Source: an uncultured bacterium (GTDB taxonomy: Bacteria > Chloroflexota > UBA5177 > JANWHV01). Taken from it: DNA of 64,000 nucleotides. The DNA lies in NCBI GenBank assembly GCA_963827235.1, contig CAWHAE010000010.1, positions 512,001 through 576,000 of the forward strand, given 5' to 3'. This document shows, in pieces, positions 8,801 to 20,000 of the stretch. The first letter of the stretch is position 1; each line of letters begins with the position of its first letter. The notes beneath the pieces were generated by a model. The model had not been told where the DNA came from and ran no database searches. It worked only from the letters and a program-made list of their open reading frames with translations. Both the position numbers and the translations under genes were made by a program.

Positions 8801-10042
8801 ATGTTCCGCTCCCTCACCGGTGTCGTGTATCCGGTGCCCGATCTTTCTCGTGCACGGTCCTGGTACAGCTCGGTACTCGCACAGGAGCCAACGCTCGATT
8901 CTCCGTTCTCGGTGGCGTACGAGATAGGCGGCGCCCTGTTGCTACTTGTGCCCTCGACCGCGCCGAACGAGACACAGTGGGACCGAGGGATCGCCTATTG
9001 GCAAGTCGACGACGTGGACGGAGCATATCGGGATCTGCTGCGGGCAGGGGCAAGTGCGCTGACCGAAGCCAGCGCTACTGTGCTCGGCCTTCGTGTGGCT
9101 ACGCTCGTCGATCCGTTCGGCAATACATTTGGACTTGCTGCCAAAGCCTCGTACCAAGAGAATCCCACGGTCGACGCGCCATCCGAATCGGCCATGGCCG
9201 TCGCCGTGTGCCGCGCTCTGGCCGCCAGCGAGCCGGAGGAGCCGGCGCGCGGGCCCGACTATCTGGCCGAGATCTTCTTGCCTGACGCCGCCAGGCAGGC
9301 CCTGCGCGAGAGCGACTCTCGCCAGTGGCTGCGGGACCACGTGATCAAGCCGGATGGCGTATATGCGTATTTCCTGGCGCGCACGGCTTACATCGACCAC
9401 GTCGTATTGCAGGCTCTCACGGCCCGGGTACCGCAGGTGGTCGTTCTGGGAGCGGGCTATGACAGCAGGCCGTACCGCTTTGCCGGTCAGATCGGCGACA
9501 CGCGGCTGTTCGAGCTCGACAAGCCGGCCACGCAAGACCGCAAGGTCAGTCGCTTGCGGGAGGCCGGTCTGACGATTCCTCCGCAGCTGTCCTATGCTGC
9601 GATCGACTTTGAGCGCGACGACCTCGGCGAAGTGCTGTGCAAGGCCGGCTTCGATCGCGGCAAGCGATCCCTCTTCGTCTGGGAAGGGGTCTCCTACTAT
9701 CTCCACAAGCAGGCTGTCGAGGCGATCTTCACCGCTATCAGGGCATCGGTGCCGGTTGAAAGCACGCTCTGCTTTGACTACATGCTCGATGCGCCGGATA
9801 TCCTGGACCGCTATGGGGTGCGCGGCACGCTTGAGTCCATGCGGACCAGCTTTCCCGATGGCCGGCCACGGTTCAGCATAACCGAGGGCTCGGCCGGGTC
9901 CTTTCTGGAGCAGCGCGGCTTTGCCCTCACCGAGCATCTGACGTCGGCGGATATGGAGGGCCGGTATCCTACCGTCGCGACAGCAGGGCAGCCTGATCGA
10001 ATTTCGGCTATCTTCTGCCTTGCTCTGGCCTCGGCTCTGTGA
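8801..10042 (+). CDS. VOC/glyoxalase domain fused to LCM-type (Rv0726c/ML2640-like) SAM-dependent methyltransferase
   Basis: N-terminal ~115 aa VOC (YPVPDLSRARSWY..AYWQVDDVD..VATLVDPFGNTFGL), then ARTAYID, QVVVLGAGYDSR, FELD, WEGVSYYL. GGAGG RBS before ATG 8801. Confidence 0.85.
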   Translation: MFRSLTGVVYPVPDLSRARSWYSSVLAQEPTLDSPFSVAYEIGGALLLLVPSTAPNETQWDRGIAYWQVDDVDGAYRDLLRAGASALTEASATVLGLRVATLVDPFGNTFGLAAKASYQENPTVDAPSESAMAVAVCRALAASEPEEPARGPDYLAEIFLPDAARQALRESDSRQWLRDHVIKPDGVYAYFLARTAYIDHVVLQALTARVPQVVVLGAGYDSRPYRFAGQIGDTRLFELDKPATQDRKVSRLREAGLTIPPQLSYAAIDFERDDLGEVLCKAGFDRGKRSLFVWEGVSYYLHKQAVEAIFTAIRASVPVESTLCFDYMLDAPDILDRYGVRGTLESMRTSFPDGRPRFSITEGSAGSFLEQRGFALTEHLTSADMEGRYPTVATAGQPDRISAIFCLALASAL

Positions 10043-10188
10043 GCTGGTCGACCCGTGGGCCGGGCGTCAGCCGACCATGCAGCAGCGTGTGCGTGCCGCG
10101 ATCTTGGGCGACGAGAAGGCGTCCTTTGTCCGGCGAGGCACTCGATAACGGAGCGTGCCACCAGGCCTTGCCCGGCCAGGTTCAAGTG

Positions 10189-10660
10189 AAGGCGGTCCAT
10201 GATCAGCATTGCCACGGCGTTCTTGAAGTCACCCTCGCCGGCGCACGGAATGCCTCGCGCGGTCAGCAGCGAGCCGCCCAGAATCAGGGCCGCGCCCAGA
10301 TCCTCGAATACACCATGCCCATGGTAGTAGTAGGCCAGTCCGTCCAGCCGCCGAGCAGCCACCAAGCTGCTCATGCCCGCGGCAACGCGGGCCGCATAGC
10401 GCAGATTCCGATCCTCGACCGGCGAATCGATCTCGAACATCTGTCGCCCTGCCGCCAGCGTGGCGTTCTGCTCATCCTGTGCGGCTGCATCGACACATGA
10501 GTGCAGGTCGTCCATCTCCAGCATTTCGACGTGCAGGCAAAGCTGCGCGTGGCGCTGAGTGAAGTCGGAATACATGTCGAGCCTGCCGGGATAGGTGTGG
10601 CCGAGAAAGCCCAGGCGAGCCTCGCGGAGCGCGCGGAGGACCGTGGCAGCGCGGCACCAC
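10189..10660 (-). pseudogene. internal fragment of L-fucose/L-arabinose isomerase family gene
   Basis: W.RAATVLRALREARLGFLGHTYPG.LDMYSD..EMLEMDDL..LDGLAYYYHG..SLLTARGIPCAGEGDFKNAVAMLIMDRL; no N- or C-terminal domains. Confidence 0.7.
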
Positions 10661-10782
10661 GATCTCGACGCTTCGCCGCACCTGCGCCGTGAACACCAGA
10701 AGCTTGCCCTGGCGCTCAAGGTCACTCAGATCCAGGCGGATAGTCACTTCGGAGACGCCGCGTCCCCGCCGGAGAACAGCCG

Positions 10783-13700
10783 TCAGGTTGGCGGATCAGC
10801 ATTCGGCGGCCGGCTGTCGACCTGCGCCAGCAACGGCAAATGCACCGTGAACGTCGAACCCTGACCTGCTATCGAGACGACGTCCACCGTTCCGTCATGA
10901 GCCTCGACGATCTGACGAGTGATGTAGAGTCCGAGGCCCATGCCGCGCCCGGCCGCCGACTCGGCGTCCTGCGGCCGGAATCGGTAGAACAGATGGGGCT
11001 TCACGCTCTCCGGCACGCCCGGCCCGTAATCCTGCACCTGAAACTGCGCTTCGCCGTCGACCTCGAGGAGACGAGCGTCGACCGGCGAGTCCGGCGCGTA
11101 GGTGATCGCATTGGCGAGCAGATTCATCGCCACTTGTTCGAGCCGGACCGGATCGCCGTCTACGATCACCTGGCTCGCGGGCTCCCGGTAGCGAACTTCG
11201 CGGTCCGTAGCAAGTATGGCGGCGACGTCAACCGCGTTCCTGATTGCCGCGGCCAGGTCCATGGGCTTGCGCACAACCTGCAACCGGCCGAGCTGAACAC
11301 GGCTGAGGTCGAGAAGGTCGCTGACCAGGTGCTCGAGGCGAATGGCGCCCGCAAGTGCTCCGCTGGCGTAGCGGCTCCACTCGTCGGTCTGCGATCCCGG
11401 CTCGCCGGTGCTGCTGGAGAGCCCTCGTGCCAGAAGCTGCAAGAAGCCGGTGATTGCCGTCAGCGGTGTGCGTAGCTCGTGACTCGCCATGGCCAGGAAC
11501 TCGGCCTGAAGGCGTCGCAGCGTGCGCTCAGTCACGTCTCGCGCAGCCAGAACGCTGCCCCTCGCTACGCCGAGATCCTCTCGCACGGGCCGCCCGCAGG
11601 CATCGAACCAATGGCTCGTGCCATCCTCGCGCTGGATCGAGAACAGCATCTCGAAGACCTCGCCCCGTCTGGCTCGCGCCTGCGGTGATTCCTCGGCGGT
11701 CAGCCGCGCGCCGAGCTCATCGAGCATCTGCGGCCCGGCATCGGCGTCGACGAACAGGCGCCTACCGCTCTCGTTGGAAAAGACTAACATCCCGGCCGCA
11801 TCGAACACGGCGACGGCGTCGCTCATGCTCGCGAAGATCGCCTCGAGCCATTTCCGCTGTGTGTCGGCGGTGCCGGCCAGAGCTACCGCCTCCTGATGGC
11901 GGGCACGCAGCTCGTCGTTGGTGGTCTCCAGCTCTTCCACCGTCGCTTGCTGCTCTTCGTTCAGGGTCTCAATCTCCTCGTTGGTGGCCTGCAGCTCCTC
12001 ATTGAGCGTTTCGACCTCCTCCGCGGCGGCCTGGACCTCCTCGTTACCCAGCAGGTATTTCTCATTGGCGCTGCGGAGCTGCCAGTTCTGGCGGGTGAGA
12101 TCCTCGTTGACCGCCAGAAGCTCCTCGTGGGCCGTCCGTGCCTGACTGACCAGGGCGGTCAGTCGCTGCACCTCCTTCTCGGCACCGGCGAGGTTCTGTG
12201 CCGCCGACTGTTCTCTGAGCACGGTCGCCGTCTCGTCGGTGATCAGGATTAACGCACCCGGATCCTGCTGTTCGGCGCGCCAGGGCACGCAGGTTACGCA
12301 GAGGTATCGCGTGGCACCCACGGTCACCGCCTCGGTCGGCATAGGTTCCATCGTTCGTGCCTCGCCTCGCAACGCCGCGTCGATAGCGTTCTTGAGATCG
12401 AGAGCGGAGATTCCCTGCACCCGGTGCACGACGTCTTCTCCCAGGGCGGCAGTGCGTATGCCGAGGAGACTGCGCGCCTGCATGTTGATGCGCTTGATGT
12501 CATAGCTGCCGTCGACCACGACGACGCCGATCGGAAGGCCCAGCAGCACATCATCGGCGTCGAACTGTGCGGCCTGCGCCAACTGCGCTTCCCGCCGGAC
12601 ACGTGCCAGCTCGAGCGCGGCCGGCGTCACCGGCGCGGCGCGATGCCTGAACATTCCTGCTATGGCCTCGGGCCCCTGCAGAAGGGGAAGGGTGACTCGA
12701 TCACCCTGCCGCCGGAACACGCGCAGGGCCGAGTGAACCGGCACGAACAGCGCAGGCAGGGGATTGGTGGACTCGGCCTTGCCGAGAACCAGGTAGCCTT
12801 CCTGGCGCAAAGCGAAGGCCAGCAGCTCCAGGGCACGGCGCTGCAGGTCCGCCGTAAAATAGATGAGCACGTTCCGGCAGAGGCAGAGATCGATACGCGG
12901 AAACGGCGGCCGCATCCCGAGATCATGCTGGCCAAAGACGACCAAGCTGCGCACTTCCTTGCGCAGCTCGAACGTGCCGCCGACATCGGTGAAATAACGC
13001 TCTACGAGAGCGCCGGGTACGTTTTCCAGAGATCCCGACGGATACATTGCCCGCCTGGCGAACTCGATTGCCTCCGTGTCCAGGTCTGTGGCAAAGATCC
13101 GCACGTTCCAGGACTCGAGCTCATCTCCGAGCGCGCTAGCCGCGAGCAGGGCCAACGAATACGCCTCCTCGCCGGTAGCGCAGCCGGCGCTCCACAAGCG
13201 CAGCTCGCGACTCCGCGTTCGCCCGAAGGCGATGAGATCTGGTATCACGACGTCGCGCAGGTAGCTGAAGAGGTCCGGGTCGCGGAAGAAACCGGTCACC
13301 TTGATCAGGAATGAGTTCACCAGGCGATCGAATTCCTCAGGGTGCTGATCGAGATAGCCGCGATACTCGCGCAACGTACGGGTACCGGTCGCTACCATGC
13401 GGCGCTGAAGGCGCCTGTGGATGGTGGGAGCCTTGTACTGGCCGAAGTCCAACCCGTTTCGGTCGCGCACATCAGCCAGCAGCGATCGCAGCTGCCGGTC
13501 CTCGCGACGTGCGGCCGGAGCATAGGCGCCCGTGAGCAGGTCGTAGAGCAGGGTACCCATCGCGTCGACGTCGACCACAGCGTCGACCACGGTCGGAGCC
13601 AGAGCCAGCGGCATAGAAGGAAAGCTGGCGGTCCGCGGGTTCTGGATCACCACGGTACCGCCTGCCTCCTTTACCCTGAGCGCTCCGGCCGCTCCGTCGG

Positions 13701-14097
13701 AGCCGAGGCCGGAGAGCACCACAGCGATCAGTCCCTCGCCGAACACGCCGGCTGCGGAGCGGAAGAGCAGATCGATGGACGGCTTTGGCCCGCCCGCTCC
13801 GTCGACGTCGACCGACAGATGGTGGTTCGTAACCCGGATGTGCCGATTGGACGGGACTATGTAGACTTTGCCCGCTTCGAGCGGTTCTTGATCCTCCACC
13901 ACGTGCACGGGCAGCGCGCTGTGCCGTGCCAAGATCGCGGTAAGGTGGCTGGCTCGTGTAGGGTCCAGGTGCTGCGCGATCACCAGCGGGGCGGGGAAGT
14001 CTCGCGGCAGCGTGGCCACGAGCGCCGACAGCACCTCGACGCCGCCTGCAGATGCGCCGACAGCTACGAGCTGCGAGATCTCGGACCGGTCAGACAT
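10783..14097 (-). CDS. CheB methylesterase-CheR methyltransferase-PAS-coiled coil-PAS-histidine kinase fusion
   Basis: CheB triad GASAGG/QHLDP/GSDG; CheR WSAGCATGEEAYS and CRNVLIYF; H-box SHELRTPL; NLLANA; DYGPG; GMGLGL. Confidence 0.9.
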   Translation of the reverse strand: MSDRSEISQLVAVGASAGGVEVLSALVATLPRDFPAPLVIAQHLDPTRASHLTAILARHSALPVHVVEDQEPLEAGKVYIVPSNRHIRVTNHHLSVDVDGAGGPKPSIDLLFRSAAGVFGEGLIAVVLSGLGSDGAAGALRVKEAGGTVVIQNPRTASFPSMPLALAPTVVDAVVDVDAMGTLLYDLLTGAYAPAARREDRQLRSLLADVRDRNGLDFGQYKAPTIHRRLQRRMVATGTRTLREYRGYLDQHPEEFDRLVNSFLIKVTGFFRDPDLFSYLRDVVIPDLIAFGRTRSRELRLWSAGCATGEEAYSLALLAASALGDELESWNVRIFATDLDTEAIEFARRAMYPSGSLENVPGALVERYFTDVGGTFELRKEVRSLVVFGQHDLGMRPPFPRIDLCLCRNVLIYFTADLQRRALELLAFALRQEGYLVLGKAESTNPLPALFVPVHSALRVFRRQGDRVTLPLLQGPEAIAGMFRHRAAPVTPAALELARVRREAQLAQAAQFDADDVLLGLPIGVVVVDGSYDIKRINMQARSLLGIRTAALGEDVVHRVQGISALDLKNAIDAALRGEARTMEPMPTEAVTVGATRYLCVTCVPWRAEQQDPGALILITDETATVLREQSAAQNLAGAEKEVQRLTALVSQARTAHEELLAVNEDLTRQNWQLRSANEKYLLGNEEVQAAAEEVETLNEELQATNEEIETLNEEQQATVEELETTNDELRARHQEAVALAGTADTQRKWLEAIFASMSDAVAVFDAAGMLVFSNESGRRLFVDADAGPQMLDELGARLTAEESPQARARRGEVFEMLFSIQREDGTSHWFDACGRPVREDLGVARGSVLAARDVTERTLRRLQAEFLAMASHELRTPLTAITGFLQLLARGLSSSTGEPGSQTDEWSRYASGALAGAIRLEHLVSDLLDLSRVQLGRLQVVRKPMDLAAAIRNAVDVAAILATDREVRYREPASQVIVDGDPVRLEQVAMNLLANAITYAPDSPVDARLLEVDGEAQFQVQDYGPGVPESVKPHLFYRFRPQDAESAAGRGMGLGLYITRQIVEAHDGTVDVVSIAGQGSTFTVHLPLLAQVDSRPPNADPPT

Positions 14098-14473
14098 CTA
14101 AGTGAGCCGTAGTCAGCACGACGGGCCTCGATTCGGGCAACACGAGTATAGTCGTCGTAACTGCGATTGTATCGTCATTCACTCTAGGGAGCGGGCCCGG
14201 CATCGGGGTCATACGTGGCAGATGGCGGCACGCGGCACGTCATCGCCACACCGGCCACCGTGGCGCGATGGCACTTGGAGCGATTGAGCTCGTCATGCCG
14301 TTACGCGCGCCATCCGGCCCTTAGATGTACCACAACTCGACGAGCGAGCGCCGTCTACGTCCTGGGCCCGACGCTAACCGGCACCGGGATGTCTCGGCTG
14401 CAGAATCCGGGCATCGCCAGGTGACAATGCGCCGCAAGCCTTCCAAGGCGCATTCATCGCGGATGAAACTCCG

Positions 14474-14989
14474 TTAACTGACGCCCACGCGGGCGCCACC
14501 GGCACGCGTCTCCTCCTGCACCGGAGAATCGGCCTGCTGCGGCGGCGGCTCGTCGAGCTCCAGCACGCGACCGGTACGAGCAACGACGACCCGGCAGCCC
14601 GCGCGGTGATGGTGCAGCTCATGACGCAGACGCTCGGAGAGACTTCCCGACCACCATCGGCGAAGCACCGTATCGTCCGTGTGACCAACGAGTACCAGAT
14701 CGCAGCCCAGGATGCGCGCCTGCTCGGCCAAGGTGTGGGCCGGGAAGCCGTGACGCACCCTGAATGTGACGCCGACCCCGTGTTTGGCGGCGAGATGGTC
14801 GGCATGGCGCTGCATCACCTGTTCGTACATGGCGACAGCCATCGGACCAGGGTTCCAGAACGGGGACTCGACGAGGACCGCCACCACGTCGGTACTGAAG
14901 CGGGCAGCGTACTCCAGCGCCGTCTCCAGCGTCTCCCACGAGTTCAGCGTATTGTTGAGCCCGACCAGAATCTTGTGGCGCACAGTCAC
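14474..14989 (-). CDS. universal stress protein (USP) family
   Basis: KILVGL..ALEYA..VRHGFPAHTLAEQA..CDLVLVGH..GSLSERL..CRVVVAR. Confidence 0.7.
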   Translation of the reverse strand: MTVRHKILVGLNNTLNSWETLETALEYAARFSTDVVAVLVESPFWNPGPMAVAMYEQVMQRHADHLAAKHGVGVTFRVRHGFPAHTLAEQARILGCDLVLVGHTDDTVLRRWWSGSLSERLRHELHHHRAGCRVVVARTGRVLELDEPPPQQADSPVQEETRAGGARVGVS

Positions 14990-15126
14990 ACCTCCCCGCC
15001 CCCGCGTTGATCGCAGGACGACTCGGCGTCACCTGCTACACGAGGTGGGCCAATCCCCGGGAAGCAACATTGCTTCCTTCTATCCGCACTATAGCACTCT
15101 CCGGGCCTGGGTCAAGCACTTCGGTG

Positions 15127-15781
15127 CTAGCGGTCGAGCCTGGTCTCCAGCCAGCGCTGAACGAACTCAAGGCTCTCGCTCGACACCTCGTGCCCCATGC
15201 CGAACTCCCGATATACGAGGTCTGCATGGAGGGCGGTGAGATAGTCGCGGGCCTGCCTGCCTAGCTCGACTGGAAGCACCGTATCCCACTCGCCGTGCAC
15301 CTGAACGAGTGGAAATCCGCCGAGGTCGCCCGTCGCCGGTGCCGCGAGCTCCGGCACCACGGCGCCGCTCATCGATCACGGTGCCTGCCAACAGGTCCGG
15401 CCGCGCGAGGCTCACCGCCGCCGCCAGCATCGCGCCCTGGCTGAATCCGGCCAGGAACACGCGCGAGCGATCCACGCGCAAGGCCTCGCCCAGCTCTTCC
15501 AGGAAGCGAATCACGGTATCGCAGCTCTGCTTGACCTGCCGGATGTCCATCTCCAGGCCCTCGTCCGTGAAGTCGATCGAGAACCAGGCATAGGCATCGG
15601 GTCCCAGCACGAGGGGTGCCCGGGCACTCACCACCAGAAAGCGCGGGTCCAGCAACGGAGCGAGCGAAAAGAGGTCCGACTCGTTGCTACCCAGTCCGTG
15701 CAGGAGGACGAGCAGCGGCGCCGGACCTTCCCCACGGGCATGGCGCAGGCGATAGACAAGACTCCGGCTGGTTGTGCTCAT
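15127..15781 (-). pseudogene. phospholipase/carboxylesterase (alpha/beta hydrolase), frameshifted near 15373
   Basis: LLHGLGSN and GFSQG in one frame; HGEWD and GHEV in another. Junction reads GTG ATC G ATG AGC. May be a sequencing error. Confidence 0.75.
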
Positions 15782-15810
15782 AGGGGGCGTTTCTCCGGGC
15801 AGCGGGTCCG

Positions 15811-16830
15811 CTACCCACCTATACGGGACATCTCGACCTTTTGCCGGGCGCTCGCGGTTGCACGCTGCTCCGAGTAATTGTCGTCGCGCCGTCGCCAGAC
15901 GGTGCCGATCGCGGCCAACAGCTCGTCGTCGGTGGCGCCGGATCGCAGCAGGGCGCGCAGATCGTAGCCGTTCTCGGCAAACAGGCACGCATACAGCTTG
16001 CCATCCGCCGAAAGCCGGAGACGCGTGCATCCACCGCAGAACGGCTGCGTAACCGACGAGATGACGCCGATCTCGCCACCACCGTCGCAATACCGGTAGC
16101 GCCGCGCCACTTCGCCCCTGTACCCGGGATCGACAGGCTCGATCGGCAGCTCGGTGGCGATCGCCGCCACGACCTCGGCCGAGGGCACGACGTCGTCCAT
16201 CCTCCAGCCATTGGTGGTGCCCACGTCCATGTATTCGATGAAGCGCACGGTGATTCCCGTGCCGTGAAAGTGTCTTGCCATCGGCAAGATGTCCTTCTGG
16301 TTTACCCCGCGCCGGACGACCATGTTCACCTTGATAGGCCAGAGGCCCGCGCCGCGCGCCGCCTCGATGCCCTCCAGCACCAGGGATACCGGTGCCGCGA
16401 CGTCGTTCATGGCCGCGAAAGTGGCGTCGTCGAGCGAATCGAGGCTCACCGACACGCGATGCAGGCCGGCTGCCCGTAATGCTTGGGCCTTGCGGGCCAG
16501 CAGCGAACCGTTGGTCGTGAGAGTCAGATCCCTGAGCCCTTGCACGCCGGCCAGCATCTGCACGAGAGTCTCGACATCGCGACGCGCCAGCGGCTCGCCG
16601 CCGGTCAGCCGGATCTTCTCGACCCCGAGACGCGTGAACAGTCCGGCCAGCCGAGCCATCTCCTCGAAGCGCAGAATCTGCCGCGACGATAGGAACACAA
16701 AGTCCCTGCCGAACACGTCCTTGGGCATGCAGTACGTGCAGCGGAAGTTGCAGCGGTCGGTCACGGAGAGGCGCAGGTCCCGCAACGGCCTTCTGCGCCG
16801 GTCGACAAGGCCCTTCGCTTCAGCGTCCAT
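15811..16830 (-). CDS. moaA: GTP 3',8-cyclase (molybdopterin biosynthesis)
   Basis: [43 protein letters not shown]-terminal MSRIGG. Confidence 0.95.
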   Translation of the reverse strand: MDAEAKGLVDRRRRPLRDLRLSVTDRCNFRCTYCMPKDVFGRDFVFLSSRQILRFEEMARLAGLFTRLGVEKIRLTGGEPLARRDVETLVQMLAGVQGLRDLTLTTNGSLLARKAQALRAAGLHRVSVSLDSLDDATFAAMNDVAAPVSLVLEGIEAARGAGLWPIKVNMVVRRGVNQKDILPMARHFHGTGITVRFIEYMDVGTTNGWRMDDVVPSAEVVAAIATELPIEPVDPGYRGEVARRYRYCDGGGEIGVISSVTQPFCGGCTRLRLSADGKLYACLFAENGYDLRALLRSGATDDELLAAIGTVWRRRDDNYSEQRATASARQKVEMSRIGG

Positions 16831-17012
16831 GCAATCCACCCTCTGCCATCCGACGCGCCGGAGTCACCGGGCCCCGCCCGGCGGGCTGCGCAATCTCGAT
16901 CGACTTCCACCTTCGATCGTACCTGACGGCCCGCAACCGGCCAGCGGCCGGCGGCGCGTCGACGTCGTGCCGGCAAGCGCTTGTCTCCGCGTACCGCGCC
17001 TGCCGTTCACGC

Positions 17013-20000
17013 TCAGGGCAACGTGCTGCCGGCGGCCGCGGCGCCTCCCCATGCCCCGTTGAAATAGAACGTCTGCTCGGCGACAACCTGGACGCCGTTT
17101 GCCGACGTGACGTACGTGATATGGCGGCCCGGTCCGACGAGCTTCAGCATGTCCTGCGTCAGGCGGCTGCATGGCGGCAATACCACGTCTGACTGCCTGA
17201 GGGGCACGCCGGATGTGTCGGTGGTCAGTATGGTGAGCGCCGCTGCCTGCGTGCTGGATGGGTTGAGCAGAGTGATGAACTCCTTGAGACCGCGAACGAC
17301 CTGCTTGGAGGCGAGCTTCTCCTGAGCGGAGGTGTCGCCGGGGAAGACCCAGCTCCCTGCCGTCTTCTCTACCATATTGACCATGGTGGGCCGGCTCTTG
17401 CCCGGACCGAAAGTCAATATGCGGTTGGCTGCGATCGGCACAGAGCTGGTCATGAGCACCGTGAACTCTCCTCGCGGCGCGATCGATCCCACGTTGAAGG
17501 TCGCGCGGCTGTCCGGCTGCACGATTATGACGGCAGTGGCGTACGGTATTGGACTACCGATCGGCGAAGTGGTGGCAGAGGGTACTGCTGTGCCGGTCAG
17601 GGTGGCCGTGGCGGATGGCGTCGAGGTCATGGTGCTCGAGACCGTGGCCGAGGGCGTAGCCGTGCTCGTGCTGGTCAGTGTGCTCGTGTCCGTGGCGGAC
17701 GGCACCGGCGTGCCCGTAATCGGCACCGCAACGGTCGGCGACGAGGTGCCGGTGGGCGAGATCGTGGCACTGGGCGTGGGCGTGGTGGTCGCCGACGCAG
17801 TGAGCGACGGGGTCGGCGTGAAGTCGGCCAGCGTGGTAACGATCGGCACGGGCCTTCCGCCGCTCACCGACGGCTCCTGAGCGAAGACCTGTACCTGTAC
17901 ACGCGCCGCCGTCGTCTGGTCGGGGTTGTAGAGGGCGATGAAGTCGCCGCTCGTGCTGGCGGTATACCCTTCGGCTGCATACCATTTGCGCGAAAGGTCG
18001 GAGATGCCCGGCGCACCGGTGATGCCGGCCGGGTGGGTGACGTATGCCGTGTACTCGGCGACGATCGGTTGATCGGCATGCACGATCGTGGCCAGCTGCG
18101 GATCGTGGCCGTCAACCGCAATGACCAGGTCGCGTGTGCTGTACGGATCGACATGCGTGGTGATCTGATCGCCGCCGCCGGACTGCGAGACCGTTTCGAC
18201 GAGAACGCCGGCAGCATCGGCGGTGGGATTGCTCAACGTGACCACCTGGCTGATTGGCGTCACACCTGCGATGCCCGGCAGGTACCAGTCGGTGGCCGCC
18301 TTGCCCGCCCCCGCGCCCATGGTGGCTGAGACGCCGAAGAAGAGCGACCGGCTGGCGGCTACCCGGCGATCGGAATACAGGTCGGCGCTGATTGGACCCG
18401 GCGGCAGGTGCAGTGCACCCACGTCGAAGGTCGCCAGCGCATGCGGCTGAGCCAGCACGTTCGTGGTGGTGATCGCTCCGGATTCTCCTGAAAAGGTAAT
18501 GTGGATGCGCGCCGGCGTCGCTGCCGGGTTGGCCATCTGCAACATCTCTCCGTATTGCGGGTTCGAAGACCCCGCCGCGAAGTAGACGTGGGGCGAGTGG
18601 GCGGGGAAGGTGGGCGTGGCCGTGGCGGTAGGGGTCGACGTGTTCGTGGCAGTGGGCGTGCTGGTACCGGTTTCGGTCGCCGTTGCAGTGGGTGAGCTGA
18701 CTACCGGCGTGCCCGTGCTGGTCGGGATCGGACTGTTGGTCGGCGTGGGTGTGAGCGTGGGCAGGAACGGCCCGGTCTCCACGATGATCTGAGGCACGCC
18801 GCCCACGATGAAGTCGGACGAGGTGGCGCCGTGGTTGTTCGTGGCGCCTGCCAGTGTGAGCTGGTAGTAGCCGTCAGGTCCTGGCGTGACAGATCCAGCG
18901 CTGCCGTCCAAGCCAACCATGGTACCGCCGCCGGCATTCTGTGCGTAGAGCTTGCTGGTGACGGTTTGATGAGAGGCATTCCAGATCACGGTAACGTGCT
19001 GCTGGCCCTCGTCGAGCACGATCTTGGTGATCGGATCGTCGATCGATATGGACACCGACTGCACGTTCGCGAAGTACTGCGCGATCATGTGAAACGTGGC
19101 CGCCGTGGCTCGGACCTGTCCGCGGTACTTGAACAGGCCCCAGTACTGGGGCTGGCCGACGTCGCTCGCCCTATACCAGAGCATGTGGTCGATGCCGCCG
19201 GCCAGTGCCGCGGCGAAGCTCTCCACCATGTACGACTGCGCTTCGAGCGTAGTGCCGACGATGCCCGCCTTCGACGACGGCGGATCGTCGTCCACAGGAA
19301 TGCCCAGCTCGGTGGCAAACACCGGCTTGTCGGGAATGCCAAACTGCCGGAGCAAGGCGTGCGCGGTCTGGCCAAGGGTGTATGGGGCGATGGCCCGACC
19401 GTATGAGTGGATGCCGATAGCATCGAAGTAATAGTTGTTCGCTGAGGCTCCGGGATCGGCCACGTCTGCCTGGAGCACGTCGTGCAGCCAGGTCGGGTTG
19501 TAGTTCAGGCCGCCGGTGATCACCCTGGCGCCGGGATCCATGGCCTTGATCGCCTGATAGGCGACCTTGATCAACTGGAAGAACTGAGCGCGGCTGCCGG
19601 CCCAACCGGCGCCGCCGAGCAGATCCGGCTCGTTCCAGATCTCATAATCGGAGATGCGGCCCCTGAAATGCGCCGCGCTGGCGGCGACGAAGGCGCCCCA
19701 GGTGTTGTCCGGGTCGTTCCAGGCCAAGTCAAGCCCGATGGGGACCTGCGCGGACGTGTTCGTCGTGGCCACGCTGGTTGCCCAATAGGGCGTATGCTCG
19801 AGCACCGCTATGGTGGAGTAGCCATGTGCCACATCCGAGCTCACGTACTGCTCAGGCATGCTGAAGTCGAATCTGTCTGCCTGAGGCTCGGCCTGCTGCC
19901 AGTCGAAGGAGAAGCGATTGATCTTGGCCCCGAGGGGCTGTGCATTGGTCGCCCAGGGGAGGATCGAGATACCTGGCACGGAATGTGTGTTGTCGGGAAG

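Noticed and set aside
16840-17012. Moco riboswitch upstream of moaA
   Set aside because: No recognisable conserved motif elements.
17540-18760. DNA repeat array
   Set aside because: Explained by Thr/Pro-rich linker codons within the secreted glycosidase.
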